From Myxococcales bacterium (GTDB taxonomy: Bacteria > Myxococcota_A > Polyangia > Polyangiales > DASUME01): 64,000 nucleotides of DNA. Shown in pieces: positions 9,923 to 21,182 of the stretch. The notes beneath the pieces are model-generated. The model searched no databases. It was not told the origin of the DNA and saw only the letters and a program-made list of their open reading frames with translations. The stretch is taken from positions 3,040,001 through 3,104,000 of the forward strand of contig JASGJH010000001.1 of the NCBI GenBank assembly GCA_047601445.1, written 5' to 3'. Positions within the stretch are counted from its first letter, which is position 1, and each line of letters starts with the position of its first letter. Made by a program: the position numbers and the translations under genes.

Positions 9923-12487
9923 ATGCTGCTGAAGACTGGCTCATCGCACGTATGGACGACGACGCCGCTGTCGCGGCGGCTCCTTGCTCCGGCGAGTCTC
10001 GTGGCGCTGTTGGGACTCGCCGTAGCAGCCACCGCCTGGGCCTTCATGGCCGGCCCGCGCGTGGCCACCTTGTTGTGGGGCTTCACGCTCATCGCGCTGG
10101 CCGCGGTGTGCGTGGTCTGGCTGGCCCGCCGTGGCATGTCCACGGAACGCCGGCTGGCCGAGGAAGCCGCCCAAGAGCTCGAGATGATGCGCCGCACCGA
10201 CGCCGACCTGCGCGCGGCGATCGGTCGCCACCAGAGCATCCTGGAGAGCTTGAGCGGCGGCTTCGTCATCGTCGATCGCTTCGACCGCTACATCCACGTG
10301 AGCTCGGGGGCCGCGCGCGTGCTCGGCCGCTCGACCATGCGACTCGGCGATAGCCTCGCCAACAGCCTCGGCGAGATGGACACGCCCGGCTTCCACGATG
10401 CCTATAGGCGCGCCAAGGCCACGCGCACGCTCGAGGAGCTCGAGCTGCCCTGCGCTGGCAGTCAACGCTGGCTGGCCACGCGCATTCAGCCCTCCATCGA
10501 CACCACCACCATCTTCTTTCGCGACGTCACCGAGCAACGCCGCACGCTGCAGCGCGTGCAGGAGGCCGAAGAAGCGTTCCGCCTGTTCGCAGAGAACGTG
10601 CAGGACGTGTTCTGGGTCGTCGACATCCCCGAGCGTCGCCCCATCTACACGAGCCCGTCCTGGGAGCGCCTCACGGGCCTCTCCGTGGCCGAGCTGCACG
10701 AACGTCCGCGCAGCGCGCTCGAGCTCGTCCACAGGGACGACCGGCAGCGCGTCTGCGAGCACCTGCTGCGCTGCAGCACGGACGCCGAGAGTCAGCGTTG
10801 CGAGGTGGAGTTTCGCATCGTCCGACGCGACGGCGAGCAACGCTGGATCCACCAGAGCTCCGTGGCCCAGCACGATGCCAAGGGCCGCGTGATCCGCATC
10901 GCGGGCTTCGCCAGCGACGTCACGGCGCGCAAGCGCATGGAGGCCAGTCTGCGCGAGAGCGAAGCCCGCTTCCGCAGCCTCTCCGAGTCCTCACCGGTGG
11001 GCATCTTCCGCATCGACCTGCAACACCGCCTAATCGACGTGAACGCGCGTCTGCTCGAGATCTGCACGCGGTCGGAAGGGCCGTTGGCGGGCCGCTCGCT
11101 GCTCGCCCTGGTGCACGAGGAAGACCGCGAGCACGTGCTCGACCAGCTGCACAAGTTGGATAACGAGGGCAGCTGGGAGTGCCGTGTGGGACACGCCAGG
11201 CAGGCGGTGCGCACGGTGCTGATGCGGGTCGCGCGCGAGCGCAGCGCGGCCGGCGAACACGTGGGGTACATCGGGACCTTGTCCGATCTCACCGAGTATC
11301 GCGAGGTCCAGACCCGGCTCATGATGAGCGAGCGCATGGCGTCGCTGGGCACGCTGGCTGCCGGGGTGGGCCACGAGATCAACAACCCGCTGACCTACCT
11401 GATGTGCAACCTCGAGCTCGCCCGCCGCAACGTGGACAAGGTGTTCGCCAATATGGCGCCGGGGGACGAGCGGGTGGCCCGTACCTCGGACTTTCTGCGC
11501 ATCGCCTTCGAGGGCAGCTGCCGCATCCGCGACATCGTGCGCGAGCTGCGTGTCTTCGCGCGCGCGGAGAGCGAGCAGATCGGCGCCGTGGACGCGCTCA
11601 CCTGCGTGGAGGCGGCCCTCAACATCGCACAGAACCAGGTGCGCCACCGCGCGCGCATCGTGAAGAAGCTCAGCGCCGTGCCGAGAGTGCGCGCCGACGA
11701 AACCCGCCTCGGCCAGGTGTTCTTGAACCTGATCGTGAACGCGGCGCAGGCCATCCCGGAGGGCCACGCCGACGACAACGTGCTCACCATCGCCTCCTAC
11801 GTGGAGGCCGAGTCCGCGCGCGTGGTGGTGGAGATCTCCGACACGGGTTCGGGCATTGCCCCCGAGCTGCTCGGGCGCATCTTCGATCCGTTCTTCACCA
11901 CCAAGTCCGTGGGAGAAGGCACCGGTCTGGGCTTGTTTTTGGCGCAACAGGCAGTGCGCAGCTACGGCGGGTCCATCCAGGTGACGAGCGAGCTCGGTAA
12001 GGGCAGCACGTTCCGCGTCGTGCTGAGTGCCATGGAGCCCGTGCCCGCCAGCGCGCACAGCGTCGCCAGCACGAGCGCGGTCAAGGCTCGGCCGGCGCGC
12101 ATCCTCGTGATCGACGATGAACACGAGGTGGGTCAAGCGGTGGCCGCGATGCTCGAGACGGAACACGAGGTCTGCACGGCCGAGCACGGCGGGGACGCGC
12201 TGGCGCTGCTCAAGAACGCCCGCTTCGACCTGGTGCTGTGCGACTTGATGATGCCGACCATGAGCGCCAACGAGTTCTTCAACGAGCTCAAGCGCGTGTC
12301 CCCGGAGCACGTGCGCAAGGTCTGCTTCATGACGGGCGGCGTGTTCACGGACGCCACCCGTGCCTTCCTCGACGACGCCGGACGCCCGTTGATCAACAAG
12401 CCCTTCAGCCTGGCGGGACTCCGCGCGATGGTGGCTCAAACCATCGCCGAAGAGCTCGAGCGCAAAGCCACGCACCAGCTGGCGTGA
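9923..12487 (+). CDS. Hybrid sensor histidine kinase (2 TM, PAS domains, HisKA/HATPase, receiver)
   Basis: H-box GVGHEINNPL, N-box QVFLNLIVNA, DTGSGI, FDPFFTTK, GTGLGL; receiver ILVIDDE...DLVLCDLMMP...KPF. Confidence 0.95.
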   Translation: MLLKTGSSHVWTTTPLSRRLLAPASLVALLGLAVAATAWAFMAGPRVATLLWGFTLIALAAVCVVWLARRGMSTERRLAEEAAQELEMMRRTDADLRAAIGRHQSILESLSGGFVIVDRFDRYIHVSSGAARVLGRSTMRLGDSLANSLGEMDTPGFHDAYRRAKATRTLEELELPCAGSQRWLATRIQPSIDTTTIFFRDVTEQRRTLQRVQEAEEAFRLFAENVQDVFWVVDIPERRPIYTSPSWERLTGLSVAELHERPRSALELVHRDDRQRVCEHLLRCSTDAESQRCEVEFRIVRRDGEQRWIHQSSVAQHDAKGRVIRIAGFASDVTARKRMEASLRESEARFRSLSESSPVGIFRIDLQHRLIDVNARLLEICTRSEGPLAGRSLLALVHEEDREHVLDQLHKLDNEGSWECRVGHARQAVRTVLMRVARERSAAGEHVGYIGTLSDLTEYREVQTRLMMSERMASLGTLAAGVGHEINNPLTYLMCNLELARRNVDKVFANMAPGDERVARTSDFLRIAFEGSCRIRDIVRELRVFARAESEQIGAVDALTCVEAALNIAQNQVRHRARIVKKLSAVPRVRADETRLGQVFLNLIVNAAQAIPEGHADDNVLTIASYVEAESARVVVEISDTGSGIAPELLGRIFDPFFTTKSVGEGTGLGLFLAQQAVRSYGGSIQVTSELGKGSTFRVVLSAMEPVPASAHSVASTSAVKARPARILVIDDEHEVGQAVAAMLETEHEVCTAEHGGDALALLKNARFDLVLCDLMMPTMSANEFFNELKRVSPEHVRKVCFMTGGVFTDATRAFLDDAGRPLINKPFSLAGLRAMVAQTIAEELERKATHQLA

Positions 12488-12496
12488 CCCAAGAGA

Positions 12497-12530
12497 AAGC
12501 CGGCCTCGGTTTGACCCGAGACCGGCTTCT
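12497..12530. terminator. Hairpin between convergent genes, probable terminator
   Basis: aagccgg-c-ctcgg / ccgag-a-ccggctt stem 10 nt after the kinase stop; weak U-tract. Confidence 0.55.
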
Positions 12531-12695
12531 GTGGAGCGCCCACCACCATTGGTAGGCTCAAATAGCCTATGTAAAACCTGTTTCGTGCCCGTGTCCTCGG
12601 AGCGTCGCTCACGAAAAACCCGCCTGAGCCGACGATTGTGGCGCGCTTGAGGCGCAGCCCGACGGCCCAGCCAGCTCCCCTCGACCAGGTGCGCG

Positions 12696-13586
12696 TTACT
12701 CGCCCACCGCGAGCAGGGGCAGCTCCGCCTTGGGCTGCACGCGACGCTGCTGGGCGCTGTCGTAGAGGCGCATGCGACTGTCGACCGCCACCACGTCACC
12801 GGGCGCCATCGGTTGCCAGACGTTCTCGCCGCTCAAGGGTTGGCTCGAGAAGATCAGGTGATTTACCTGCCCATCCACCGTCGGCGCCTCGCAGGATGCC
12901 GACAAACTGGGGCACACCCCACGATCGCTGCAGCGTGTCTTGTAGGTGGAGAAGTGCAGCTCCTTGCCGCCCTGGACACCCACCATGGTGCCGCCGTCGG
13001 TGAGGATGCAGGTGAGCAGGCTCTTGGTGGCCTGGCCCACGTCTTCCTGCGGGCGATCGCAGATGGAGCGCACCAGGTCGAGCGCCGTGGTGAGCGACGA
13101 CACCACATCCGAGAGCTCGTAGCGCGAGGACAGCGCCCCGTAGCGGAGCAGTTGGGTGAGCACCAAGAAGAAGATCACCTCGCTGTCGGTCTCGCCCAGG
13201 ATGTAGCGCCGCAGTCGCGGTGAGACCTCCTGCACCAGAGCCTCGCGATACTCGGCGAAATTCGGCACGTCCCCGTTGTGTGCGAAGACCCAGCGCCCAT
13301 GCTGGAAGGGATGGCAGTTCAGCACGCTCAGCGTGCCCTGGGTGGCCTTCCGCACGTGGGCCAGCACGGTCTCGCTGGCCACGACACCGCTGACGCGCTG
13401 GAACACGCGATCGCTCAGGGCGGACATGGCGCTGCGCGTGAGGTGCGGCGTGCCCTCGACGTAGTAGGCCACGCCCCAGCCGTCGGGGTGCTGCTCGGAG
13501 AGCGTGCACAGGGCGTTATCGGCCTGCACCAGCGAACGGTGCACTTGGCTCTGAAGCACGCTGCGGAATCCGAACAGACGACACAT
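12696..13586 (-). CDS. Class II (Ntn) glutamine amidotransferase-like protein, YafJ/EgtC/Dug3 group
   Basis: N-terminal MCRLFG nucleophile, HPDGWGVAYY, AHVRKAT, NCHPF, FAHNG, GETDSE. Confidence 0.9.
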   Translation of the reverse strand: MCRLFGFRSVLQSQVHRSLVQADNALCTLSEQHPDGWGVAYYVEGTPHLTRSAMSALSDRVFQRVSGVVASETVLAHVRKATQGTLSVLNCHPFQHGRWVFAHNGDVPNFAEYREALVQEVSPRLRRYILGETDSEVIFFLVLTQLLRYGALSSRYELSDVVSSLTTALDLVRSICDRPQEDVGQATKSLLTCILTDGGTMVGVQGGKELHFSTYKTRCSDRGVCPSLSASCEAPTVDGQVNHLIFSSQPLSGENVWQPMAPGDVVAVDSRMRLYDSAQQRRVQPKAELPLLAVGE

Positions 13587-13707
13587 AGGGTTGACGATCC
13601 GGGTTTACGCCGGGCCCTCTGCTTCTCCATACGCTCAGAGAAGCCCGGCGTCTTCCGCAGGTTACACCTTTTCCTGCGCTGGGCGTGAGATCCACGCCCG
13701 GATTTTG

Positions 13708-15021
<1,314 letters not shown>

Positions 15022-15089
15022 TGTGTCTCTCCGTGTTTTGCTGGCGCGCTATCGCGCGTGTTCGCCGCTCGGCGGCCTGTGTCTGCCGC

Positions 15090-16112
15090 TCAGCGGCGCC
15101 TACCCGAACCGATGACGAGGTTTTTGGGTTCTCTTTTTTCTCGGCGTGCCACCAAGCACTGCCAGGAAACCACACTGTCGGGGCCGCTTCCGCAGCGCTC
15201 CCTCGGGATGCGACGCACGCTGACGTCGGTGAGCCCGGCTCGCTGCGCGAGCCCTTCGAGCTCGTTCGAGTCGAAGCCGAGCCACAGGTCCGCCTGCTCG
15301 TCGCGCAAGCTCTCGTCCTCGTGCGCCTCGTAGTCCAGCACGATCAGCGCGCCGCCCGGCCTGAGTAGATCCGTCAACGCAGCGAGCGCCAGCGAGGGCT
15401 TGGGCGCGTGGTGCAGCACGCGCGAGGCGAACACCACGTCTGCCCCGCCGAGCGCAGACACCGCCTGCGCTAGCTCGCGACCGTCGTAGGCGTCGCACAC
15501 GAACTGCACATTGTCGTAGCCGCGCAGACGCGCGCGTTGACGCGCGACCTCGAGCTGAATCGGCTCGCGATCTACCGCGATCACGCGCTCGAAGAGCGGC
15601 CCGAGGACCTCGAGCAAAAAGCCCCCACCGGTGCCCGCGTCCACCGCCAGGCGGCGCTCGGCGATCAGCGGCGCGAGCGCGGTCAGATAGGCGGGCAGTT
15701 CCTTGGGAAACAGCGAAGGGTCCATCTCGTCGGCGCCGCGCGCCGAGCCGAAGAACTCACGAGCCGATGCATCCCGCTGCGACACGACCTCGAGTACGCG
15801 CGCCAGACTGCCGTCTTCCTCGCACAGCGCGACCCCGGCAGCGAGCCCGTCGGCCACCACGGGATTGCTCTCGGCGCCCTCGGCCAGGCGCACGAGCACT
15901 CGCGTGCCGTGACGACGCACGCTGACGATGCCCGCCTTCTTGAGCGGAGCGACGTGGCGCGAGACGTTGGGTTGCCCCTCACGGAGGAGCTCGGCGAGCT
16001 CTCCGATGGCGAGCTCCTCTTCGGCTGCCAACGCCAGCAGGCGCAGGCGAACCGGCTCCGCCAAGAGGCGGTAGAGCTCCCAGCGCGCTGGGGGCGTGGG
16101 CACGGCGTCCAT
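15090..16112 (-). CDS. sahR: ArsR HTH-methyltransferase fusion regulator (SahR-like)
   Basis: N-terminal LAEPVRLRLL...ELAIGELAELL...QPNVSRHVAPLKKAG; C-terminal DAGTGGG, VLHHAPKP, LRPGG, DLWLGF; directly upstream of ahcY. Confidence 0.85.
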   Translation of the reverse strand: MDAVPTPPARWELYRLLAEPVRLRLLALAAEEELAIGELAELLREGQPNVSRHVAPLKKAGIVSVRRHGTRVLVRLAEGAESNPVVADGLAAGVALCEEDGSLARVLEVVSQRDASAREFFGSARGADEMDPSLFPKELPAYLTALAPLIAERRLAVDAGTGGGFLLEVLGPLFERVIAVDREPIQLEVARQRARLRGYDNVQFVCDAYDGRELAQAVSALGGADVVFASRVLHHAPKPSLALAALTDLLRPGGALIVLDYEAHEDESLRDEQADLWLGFDSNELEGLAQRAGLTDVSVRRIPRERCGSGPDSVVSWQCLVARREKREPKNLVIGSGRRR

Positions 16113-16130
16113 GGAGGCTATTTATGCCGA

Positions 16131-16150
16131 TATTCGCATGAATGCAAATA
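16131..16150. promoter_or_regulatory. Candidate SahR operator (20-bp imperfect palindrome)
   Basis: tattcgcat-ga-atgcaaata, AT-rich, 18 bp upstream of the sahR ATG, overlapping a possible TTGCAT -35 on the minus strand. Confidence 0.65.
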
Positions 16151-16193
16151 CGACGCTCACACGGTCGCGGAACGCATTCGTAACGCCAAGTAA

Positions 16194-17723
16194 TCAGTAG
16201 CTTTTTGCCCACACAACTCGCTGCTTACTGGGCTTGCCCGTGAAGGGGCATACGCCTGGCTCACTCGCTTCGAGGGGGATGCAGCGCACGGTCACAGCCA
16301 GCTCCTCCTTGATCTTGGCCTCGAGCTCGGTGTCGCCGCAGAAATGCGTGAGCGCGAAGCCGCCGTGGATGGGCGGCGGTGCGTTCTCGTCGTGACGCTC
16401 GGGTGTGAAGAACTTGTAGAACTCCTCCTTGGTGTCGATGCGATGGGTGTGCTTCTCGCGGTTGGCCTTGGCGCGCTCGAACAAACCATCCTGGATCTCG
16501 CCGAGGATCTTGGTGACGCTGGCGACGAACTCGGGACGCGCGATACCGCCCTTCTCTTTGGGGGACTTGTCGCGGCGCGCCATGAACACCGAGTCGCTCT
16601 GCATGTCGCGGGGACCAATCTCGAGACGGATCGGCACGCCCTTCTTGATCCACTGCCAAACCTTGTCGCCACCGCGCAGATCGCGGTCGTCGATTTCCAC
16701 GCGCACGGGGCGCCCGCCGTAGCTCTGTTGCTTGAGCTCCTGAGCCAGCGCCTTGCAGTAATCGAGCACCTTCTGGCGCTCTTCCGCCTTGTGCGTCACG
16801 GGCAGGATCACCACGTGCGTCGGCGCGAGCTTGGGCGGGCAAATCAGGCCGTCGTCGTCCGAGTGGGTCATGATGAGGCCACCGACGAGGCGCGTGGAGA
16901 CGCCCCAGCTGGTGGTCCAGGCATGGGAGAGTACTCCCTTGTCATCGAGGAACTTGATGTCGCTGGCCTTGGCGAAGTTTTGCCCGAGGAAGTGGCTGGT
17001 GCCGGCCTGCAACGCCTTGCGGTCCTGCATCATGGCCTCGATGCAGTAGGTGGACACGGCGCCGGGGAAGCGCTCGCTGGCCGTCTTCTCGCCCTGGATC
17101 ACCGGCATGGCCATCCACTGTTCTGCGAACTCGGCATAGACCTTGAGCATCTGCATGGTCTCGTCGGTGGCTTCCTGGGCCGTGGCGTGGGCGGTGTGTC
17201 CCTCCTGCCAGAGGAACTCGGTCGTGCGCAGGAAGAGACGCGTGCGCAGCTCCCAGCGCACCACGTTGGCCCACTGGTTCACCAGCAGCGGCAGGTCGCG
17301 ATAGCTCTGGACCCACTTGGCGAACATGGCACCGATGATGGTCTCCGAGGTGGGGCGCACCACGAGGGGCTCCTCGAGCTCGCCGGCGGGCACCAGCTTC
17401 CCATCCTTGCCTGCCTCGAGCCGGTGGTGGGTAACCACGGCGCACTCCTTGGCGAAGCCCTCCACGTGCTCGGCTTCCTTCTCGAGGAAAGAGAGCGGGA
17501 TGAACAGCGGGAAATAGGCGTTCTTGTGGCCGGTATCCTTGAACATGTCGTCAAGCTGACGCTGCATGTTCTCCCAGATCGCGTAGCCCCAGGGCTTGAT
17601 CACCATGCAGCCGCGCACGGGCGAGGTTTCGGCCAAGTCAGCGGCGCGTACCACCTGCTGGTACCACTCGGCGTAGTTCTCTTCTCGGGTGGGGGAAATC
17701 GCGGTCTTCACGGCTTGGTTCAT
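16194..17723 (-). CDS. proS: Proline--tRNA ligase (archaeal/eukaryote-like type)
   Basis: VRPTSET, QWANVVRWE, FLRTTEFLWQEGHT, QAGTSHFLGQNF, SWGVSTR, C-terminal AKSY. Confidence 0.98.
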   Translation of the reverse strand: MNQAVKTAISPTREENYAEWYQQVVRAADLAETSPVRGCMVIKPWGYAIWENMQRQLDDMFKDTGHKNAYFPLFIPLSFLEKEAEHVEGFAKECAVVTHHRLEAGKDGKLVPAGELEEPLVVRPTSETIIGAMFAKWVQSYRDLPLLVNQWANVVRWELRTRLFLRTTEFLWQEGHTAHATAQEATDETMQMLKVYAEFAEQWMAMPVIQGEKTASERFPGAVSTYCIEAMMQDRKALQAGTSHFLGQNFAKASDIKFLDDKGVLSHAWTTSWGVSTRLVGGLIMTHSDDDGLICPPKLAPTHVVILPVTHKAEERQKVLDYCKALAQELKQQSYGGRPVRVEIDDRDLRGGDKVWQWIKKGVPIRLEIGPRDMQSDSVFMARRDKSPKEKGGIARPEFVASVTKILGEIQDGLFERAKANREKHTHRIDTKEEFYKFFTPERHDENAPPPIHGGFALTHFCGDTELEAKIKEELAVTVRCIPLEASEPGVCPFTGKPSKQRVVWAKSY

Positions 17724-17878
17724 AGGTAGCCCCGTTCGTAGTGCTCGGACCGGCTGGTTTCAAGGAGCACGTCGAGGAGCGCCGCCGTAGGAGCACGCGT
17801 CCGCCGCGCTCCGTCGTGCGCTCCTGATCCCGCCCGGGCTTGCCGCTGCGCCCTGACCGCGAGCGCGCTTGGCCGACC

Positions 17879-19591
17879 TCAGAGCAGCGTGTCTTCGGGC
17901 ACGGCCGGGCGCCCCTCTTGGAGCTCCAGCATGCGCGCTTCGCGGCGCGGGCGGTCCCGCAACTGCTCGCGAGCGCGCGCGAGCTCGGCGGAGAGCGCAC
18001 TCTCGGAGCGCTCGAGCTCCCTGATGCGTTCCACCAGGGTACTGCGCTCGGCCTGGAGGCCCTGCAGCTCGTACTGCAGGCGGATCTGCTCCTGGCGTCC
18101 GCGCTCGGCCTCGGCGTTCAGCGAGCGCCGGTGGCTCTGGGCGCGCAGCAGCTCCTCGCCGATGTTCTCGCGCTCGTTGCGCAGCTGGGCGAGCTCCTGG
18201 TCGAGCCCCCGCAGCTCGCCCTCGAGCTGCAGTGTGCGCTCGTTGCCAGACTCCAGTGCACGCTTGAGCTCACGCGCGCTGCGCTGCTCCGTCTCGAGCG
18301 CCTTTTCGGTGGCCAGCTTGCGCGCTTGCTCACGCGAGAGCTTGGCCTCGAGCAGGCCGTTTTCCTGGCGCGTGGCCTCGACCTCCTGGGCCCGACTGCG
18401 CTGCTCGCCATTGAGGGCATCGATGGCGTCGCGCGCCGAGTCGATCTCCGCGGCCTGCTGTTCGATGCGCGCGTCCTTCACGCGCGAACGCACACGTTCG
18501 GTGCGCAGCTGAAAGGCCAGGGCCATGGCCAGCGCCCCCACCAAGCACAACACGGGCCCCACGCGCAGGAACAACCTGCGCCGCTCACGCTGGCGCTCCT
18601 CGCGCCGGGTGAGGACGGCCAGCTCGTTGGTGAGCTCGCGCGCGCTCGGACGCTGCGCCGGCACCACCGAGAGCCAGCGCGCCAGGGCCTGCTGGATGTC
18701 CGAGAGCTCGCGCAGCGGGGGCAGCGCCACGCCGACCTCGGCGCGCTGCGCCAGAGCGCCCTGACTGGCAGCCTCCGGGTTGAGCTCGCGGCCGTCGGGC
18801 GCCAAGGAGTCCACCAGCGTGAGGGCGAGCGCGAACACGTCGGCCTTGCCGTCGACCGGACTCGGCTTCTCACCGCTGCAGAGCGCGAGGTGCGCGCGGG
18901 CCATCTCGGGCGCGACGTAGTGGGCGGTGAACGCCGGCAAGTGCTCGTCGTTGAAGGCGCCGACTCCCAGGTCCAGCAGGACGGGATGATCCTCTTGGCC
19001 CTCGCCGAAGCGCGCCAGCAGGATGTTCTCGGGCTTCACGTCCTGATGGCGGATGCCGCGCTCGTGCATGGCCGAGAGCGCCGCCGCCAGGCGCTTGAAG
19101 ATGGCAGCCGCTTCCTGTCGCGTGAGAGCGCCGCGCGTCTTGAGCCGCTGGGCCAGGGTCTCCCCTTCGTACCAGGGCATCACGATGTACAGGCGACCGC
19201 GGTGCAGGCCGTGGTCCTTAAAGCTCACGACGGAGGGGTGCGAGACCGCCGCGATCAACTGCACCTCGCGCAGAAAGCGAGCGTGCTCGGCCTCGGACGC
19301 CGCCGGACGGTGCATGACCTTGAGGGCCACCACGTGACCCGGAACGTCGACATCATGGGCCCGATAGACCGCACCGAACGCGCCCTCTGCGACGAACTCG
19401 ACGAGCTCATAGCGGCCTCCGATCACGGTGCCGATATCGAGGCGCGCGGACGGCGCTTCCTTCTTGCTGCGCGCCGTGCCGACCTGCACGGTCTGCATGG
19501 CCTCGCTAGCGCTCCCGCGGGCCTTGGGCGGGCACGACAGCGAGGTGGGAGCGAGCGCCAGCGGTCCGTCGTTTGCGCGGTCAGTTACCAC
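17879..19591 (-). CDS. Ser/Thr protein kinase with TM helix and long C-terminal coiled coil
   Basis: EGAFGAVY, VALK, HQDVKPENILL, DLG, YVAPE, DVFAL; TM VGPVLCLVGALAMALAF; E/L/R/Q-rich heptad tail; start uncertain (19591 GTG or 19498 ATG). Confidence 0.9.
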   Translation of the reverse strand: MVTDRANDGPLALAPTSLSCPPKARGSASEAMQTVQVGTARSKKEAPSARLDIGTVIGGRYELVEFVAEGAFGAVYRAHDVDVPGHVVALKVMHRPAASEAEHARFLREVQLIAAVSHPSVVSFKDHGLHRGRLYIVMPWYEGETLAQRLKTRGALTRQEAAAIFKRLAAALSAMHERGIRHQDVKPENILLARFGEGQEDHPVLLDLGVGAFNDEHLPAFTAHYVAPEMARAHLALCSGEKPSPVDGKADVFALALTLVDSLAPDGRELNPEAASQGALAQRAEVGVALPPLRELSDIQQALARWLSVVPAQRPSARELTNELAVLTRREERQRERRRLFLRVGPVLCLVGALAMALAFQLRTERVRSRVKDARIEQQAAEIDSARDAIDALNGEQRSRAQEVEATRQENGLLEAKLSREQARKLATEKALETEQRSARELKRALESGNERTLQLEGELRGLDQELAQLRNERENIGEELLRAQSHRRSLNAEAERGRQEQIRLQYELQGLQAERSTLVERIRELERSESALSAELARAREQLRDRPRREARMLELQEGRPAVPEDTLL

Positions 19592-19894
19592 CGCGGACAA
19601 AACGCTCCAGGGGCCCCTCCTATTCGCTCGTTCGCACGTCATTAAGAACCACGTCACGCTCTCACCCCATACGCATGACCTCAAGAAAAGTGCCTAAATC
19701 TTGGAGGATTGAGCGAGTTTTGCGTGACCTCAGCCCGCACCTGCGCACATCGCAGCGGAAGGTGTCTGGCCCACGCCTGCAAGCGTGATTGGCCGAGATG
19801 GGTGTGGGCTACTGCGCCCTCGAAACCCTGACTCGGCGTGATGGGTGTGGAAGCAGCGCAGCCCGCCCGCGAGCAAAACGAGCGCGCAGCGTGT

Positions 19895-20917
19895 CTAGAG
19901 ACGCACGCGATCGGTGCGGCACTGCCACTCGGGAATGCGCGACGTGTCATCGCGCGAGGTGCCCGAAAAACGCGTGCCGTCGGCGCTGCGTCGGCGGATG
20001 GAGAGGCCCTCTTCGGCCCACCAGGCTTCGGCCTCGCGCATGCCCCAGGTGCGAGCGTCCAGGCAGTCGAGCATGGCTTCGCGCAGCTTGAGTGCGCTCT
20101 GCGGACGTTCGAGCGGCGACTTCGCGACACAGGCCATCACCAGGCGCTCGAAGTCCCGCGGCAGCTTTCGGCGCACGCGCTCGGAAGGGCTGAGCGGCTG
20201 GTCGTTGAGCTGCTTGTGGATGAGCTGCTCCATATCGCGCGCGTCGTCGAACAAGTCCTCGCCCGTAAGCATGAAGTAGGCGACTGCCCCCAGGGCGTAG
20301 AGGTCGGTGCGCGCGTCGATACGATGGGTCTCCACCAGCGCCTCCGGCGCCATGTACATGGGCGTACCGAGCAGCGTCCGAGGGCGGTTGTCGTTGGGAT
20401 CGATGGGGGCCTGCAGGTCCGCCACCAGGCCGAAGTCCACGAGCTTCGGGAAATCGACCACGCCGCCGCGGTCGCACAGGAGGATGTTGGCGGGCTTGAT
20501 GTCCCGGTGCACGAGCCCCATCTCGTGGGCCTCCGCCAGGGCGTGGGCAATCTGGGCCAGGATGTAGATCACGCGGCCCGGAGGCAGCGGTCCGTAGCGC
20601 ATCACGAGGTCATCGAGCGTGAGGCCGTCGATGTACTCCATGGCGTAGTAGTAGATGCCGTTCTGAGCGACGCCGAAGTCGTAGATCTGCACGGTACTCG
20701 GATGGGTCAGGCGGCTGGTCTGTTGGACCTCCCGCTCGAACAGCTCGAGGCTCTCGTCCCCGGCCACCCGGGTGCGCAGCAGCTTGACGGCGACGGACCG
20801 CGGAAGCCGGTCGTGGCGCGCTCGATACACTGCCCCCATGCCGCCCTGCCCCACCTTCTGTTCCAAGGTGTAGGGCCCCAGTTTGGTACCCATTCCAAGT
20901 GGGTCAGGTTTGCGCAC
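19895..20917 (-). CDS. Ser/Thr protein kinase (cytoplasmic, canonical motifs)
   Basis: GQGGMGAVY, VAVK, HRDIKPANILL, DFG, GTPMYMAPE, DLYALG; start uncertain (the ORF-track start overlaps mqnD). Confidence 0.93.
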   Translation of the reverse strand: MRKPDPLGMGTKLGPYTLEQKVGQGGMGAVYRARHDRLPRSVAVKLLRTRVAGDESLELFEREVQQTSRLTHPSTVQIYDFGVAQNGIYYYAMEYIDGLTLDDLVMRYGPLPPGRVIYILAQIAHALAEAHEMGLVHRDIKPANILLCDRGGVVDFPKLVDFGLVADLQAPIDPNDNRPRTLLGTPMYMAPEALVETHRIDARTDLYALGAVAYFMLTGEDLFDDARDMEQLIHKQLNDQPLSPSERVRRKLPRDFERLVMACVAKSPLERPQSALKLREAMLDCLDARTWGMREAEAWWAEEGLSIRRRSADGTRFSGTSRDDTSRIPEWQCRTDRVRL

Positions 20918-21182
20918 GTTGCTGTCTACTTCGCCGAGCGCGCGGCGCAAGACGTTGCTCCATGAACGCAGCAGTGGCTTGGGACGTTGATTCCCAAGCG
21001 ATTCCCCCAGACCCTCAGGCTTCACCCAAATAGGGTACCCGAGCTGGGGGTAGTCCAAGCCAGGGGTTTCTGAGTTCGCCTTGCTCGTCACCCGGAACGG
21101 GCGCACCGGTGATCCCCTGTCGGACCGTGGCGGCGGGGTGCGGGAAGCTGGACTCGGACGGCTGCCCGATCCAGGTTGGAGC

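Noticed and set aside
15022..15089. SAH or SAM riboswitch before ahcY
   Set aside because: Only 68 bp, no recognisable aptamer consensus; regulation is better explained by the SahR-like gene
19797..19850. Direct repeat GATGGGTGTGG x2 between the kinases
   Set aside because: Two 11-bp copies 43 bp apart; too weak to distinguish from chance
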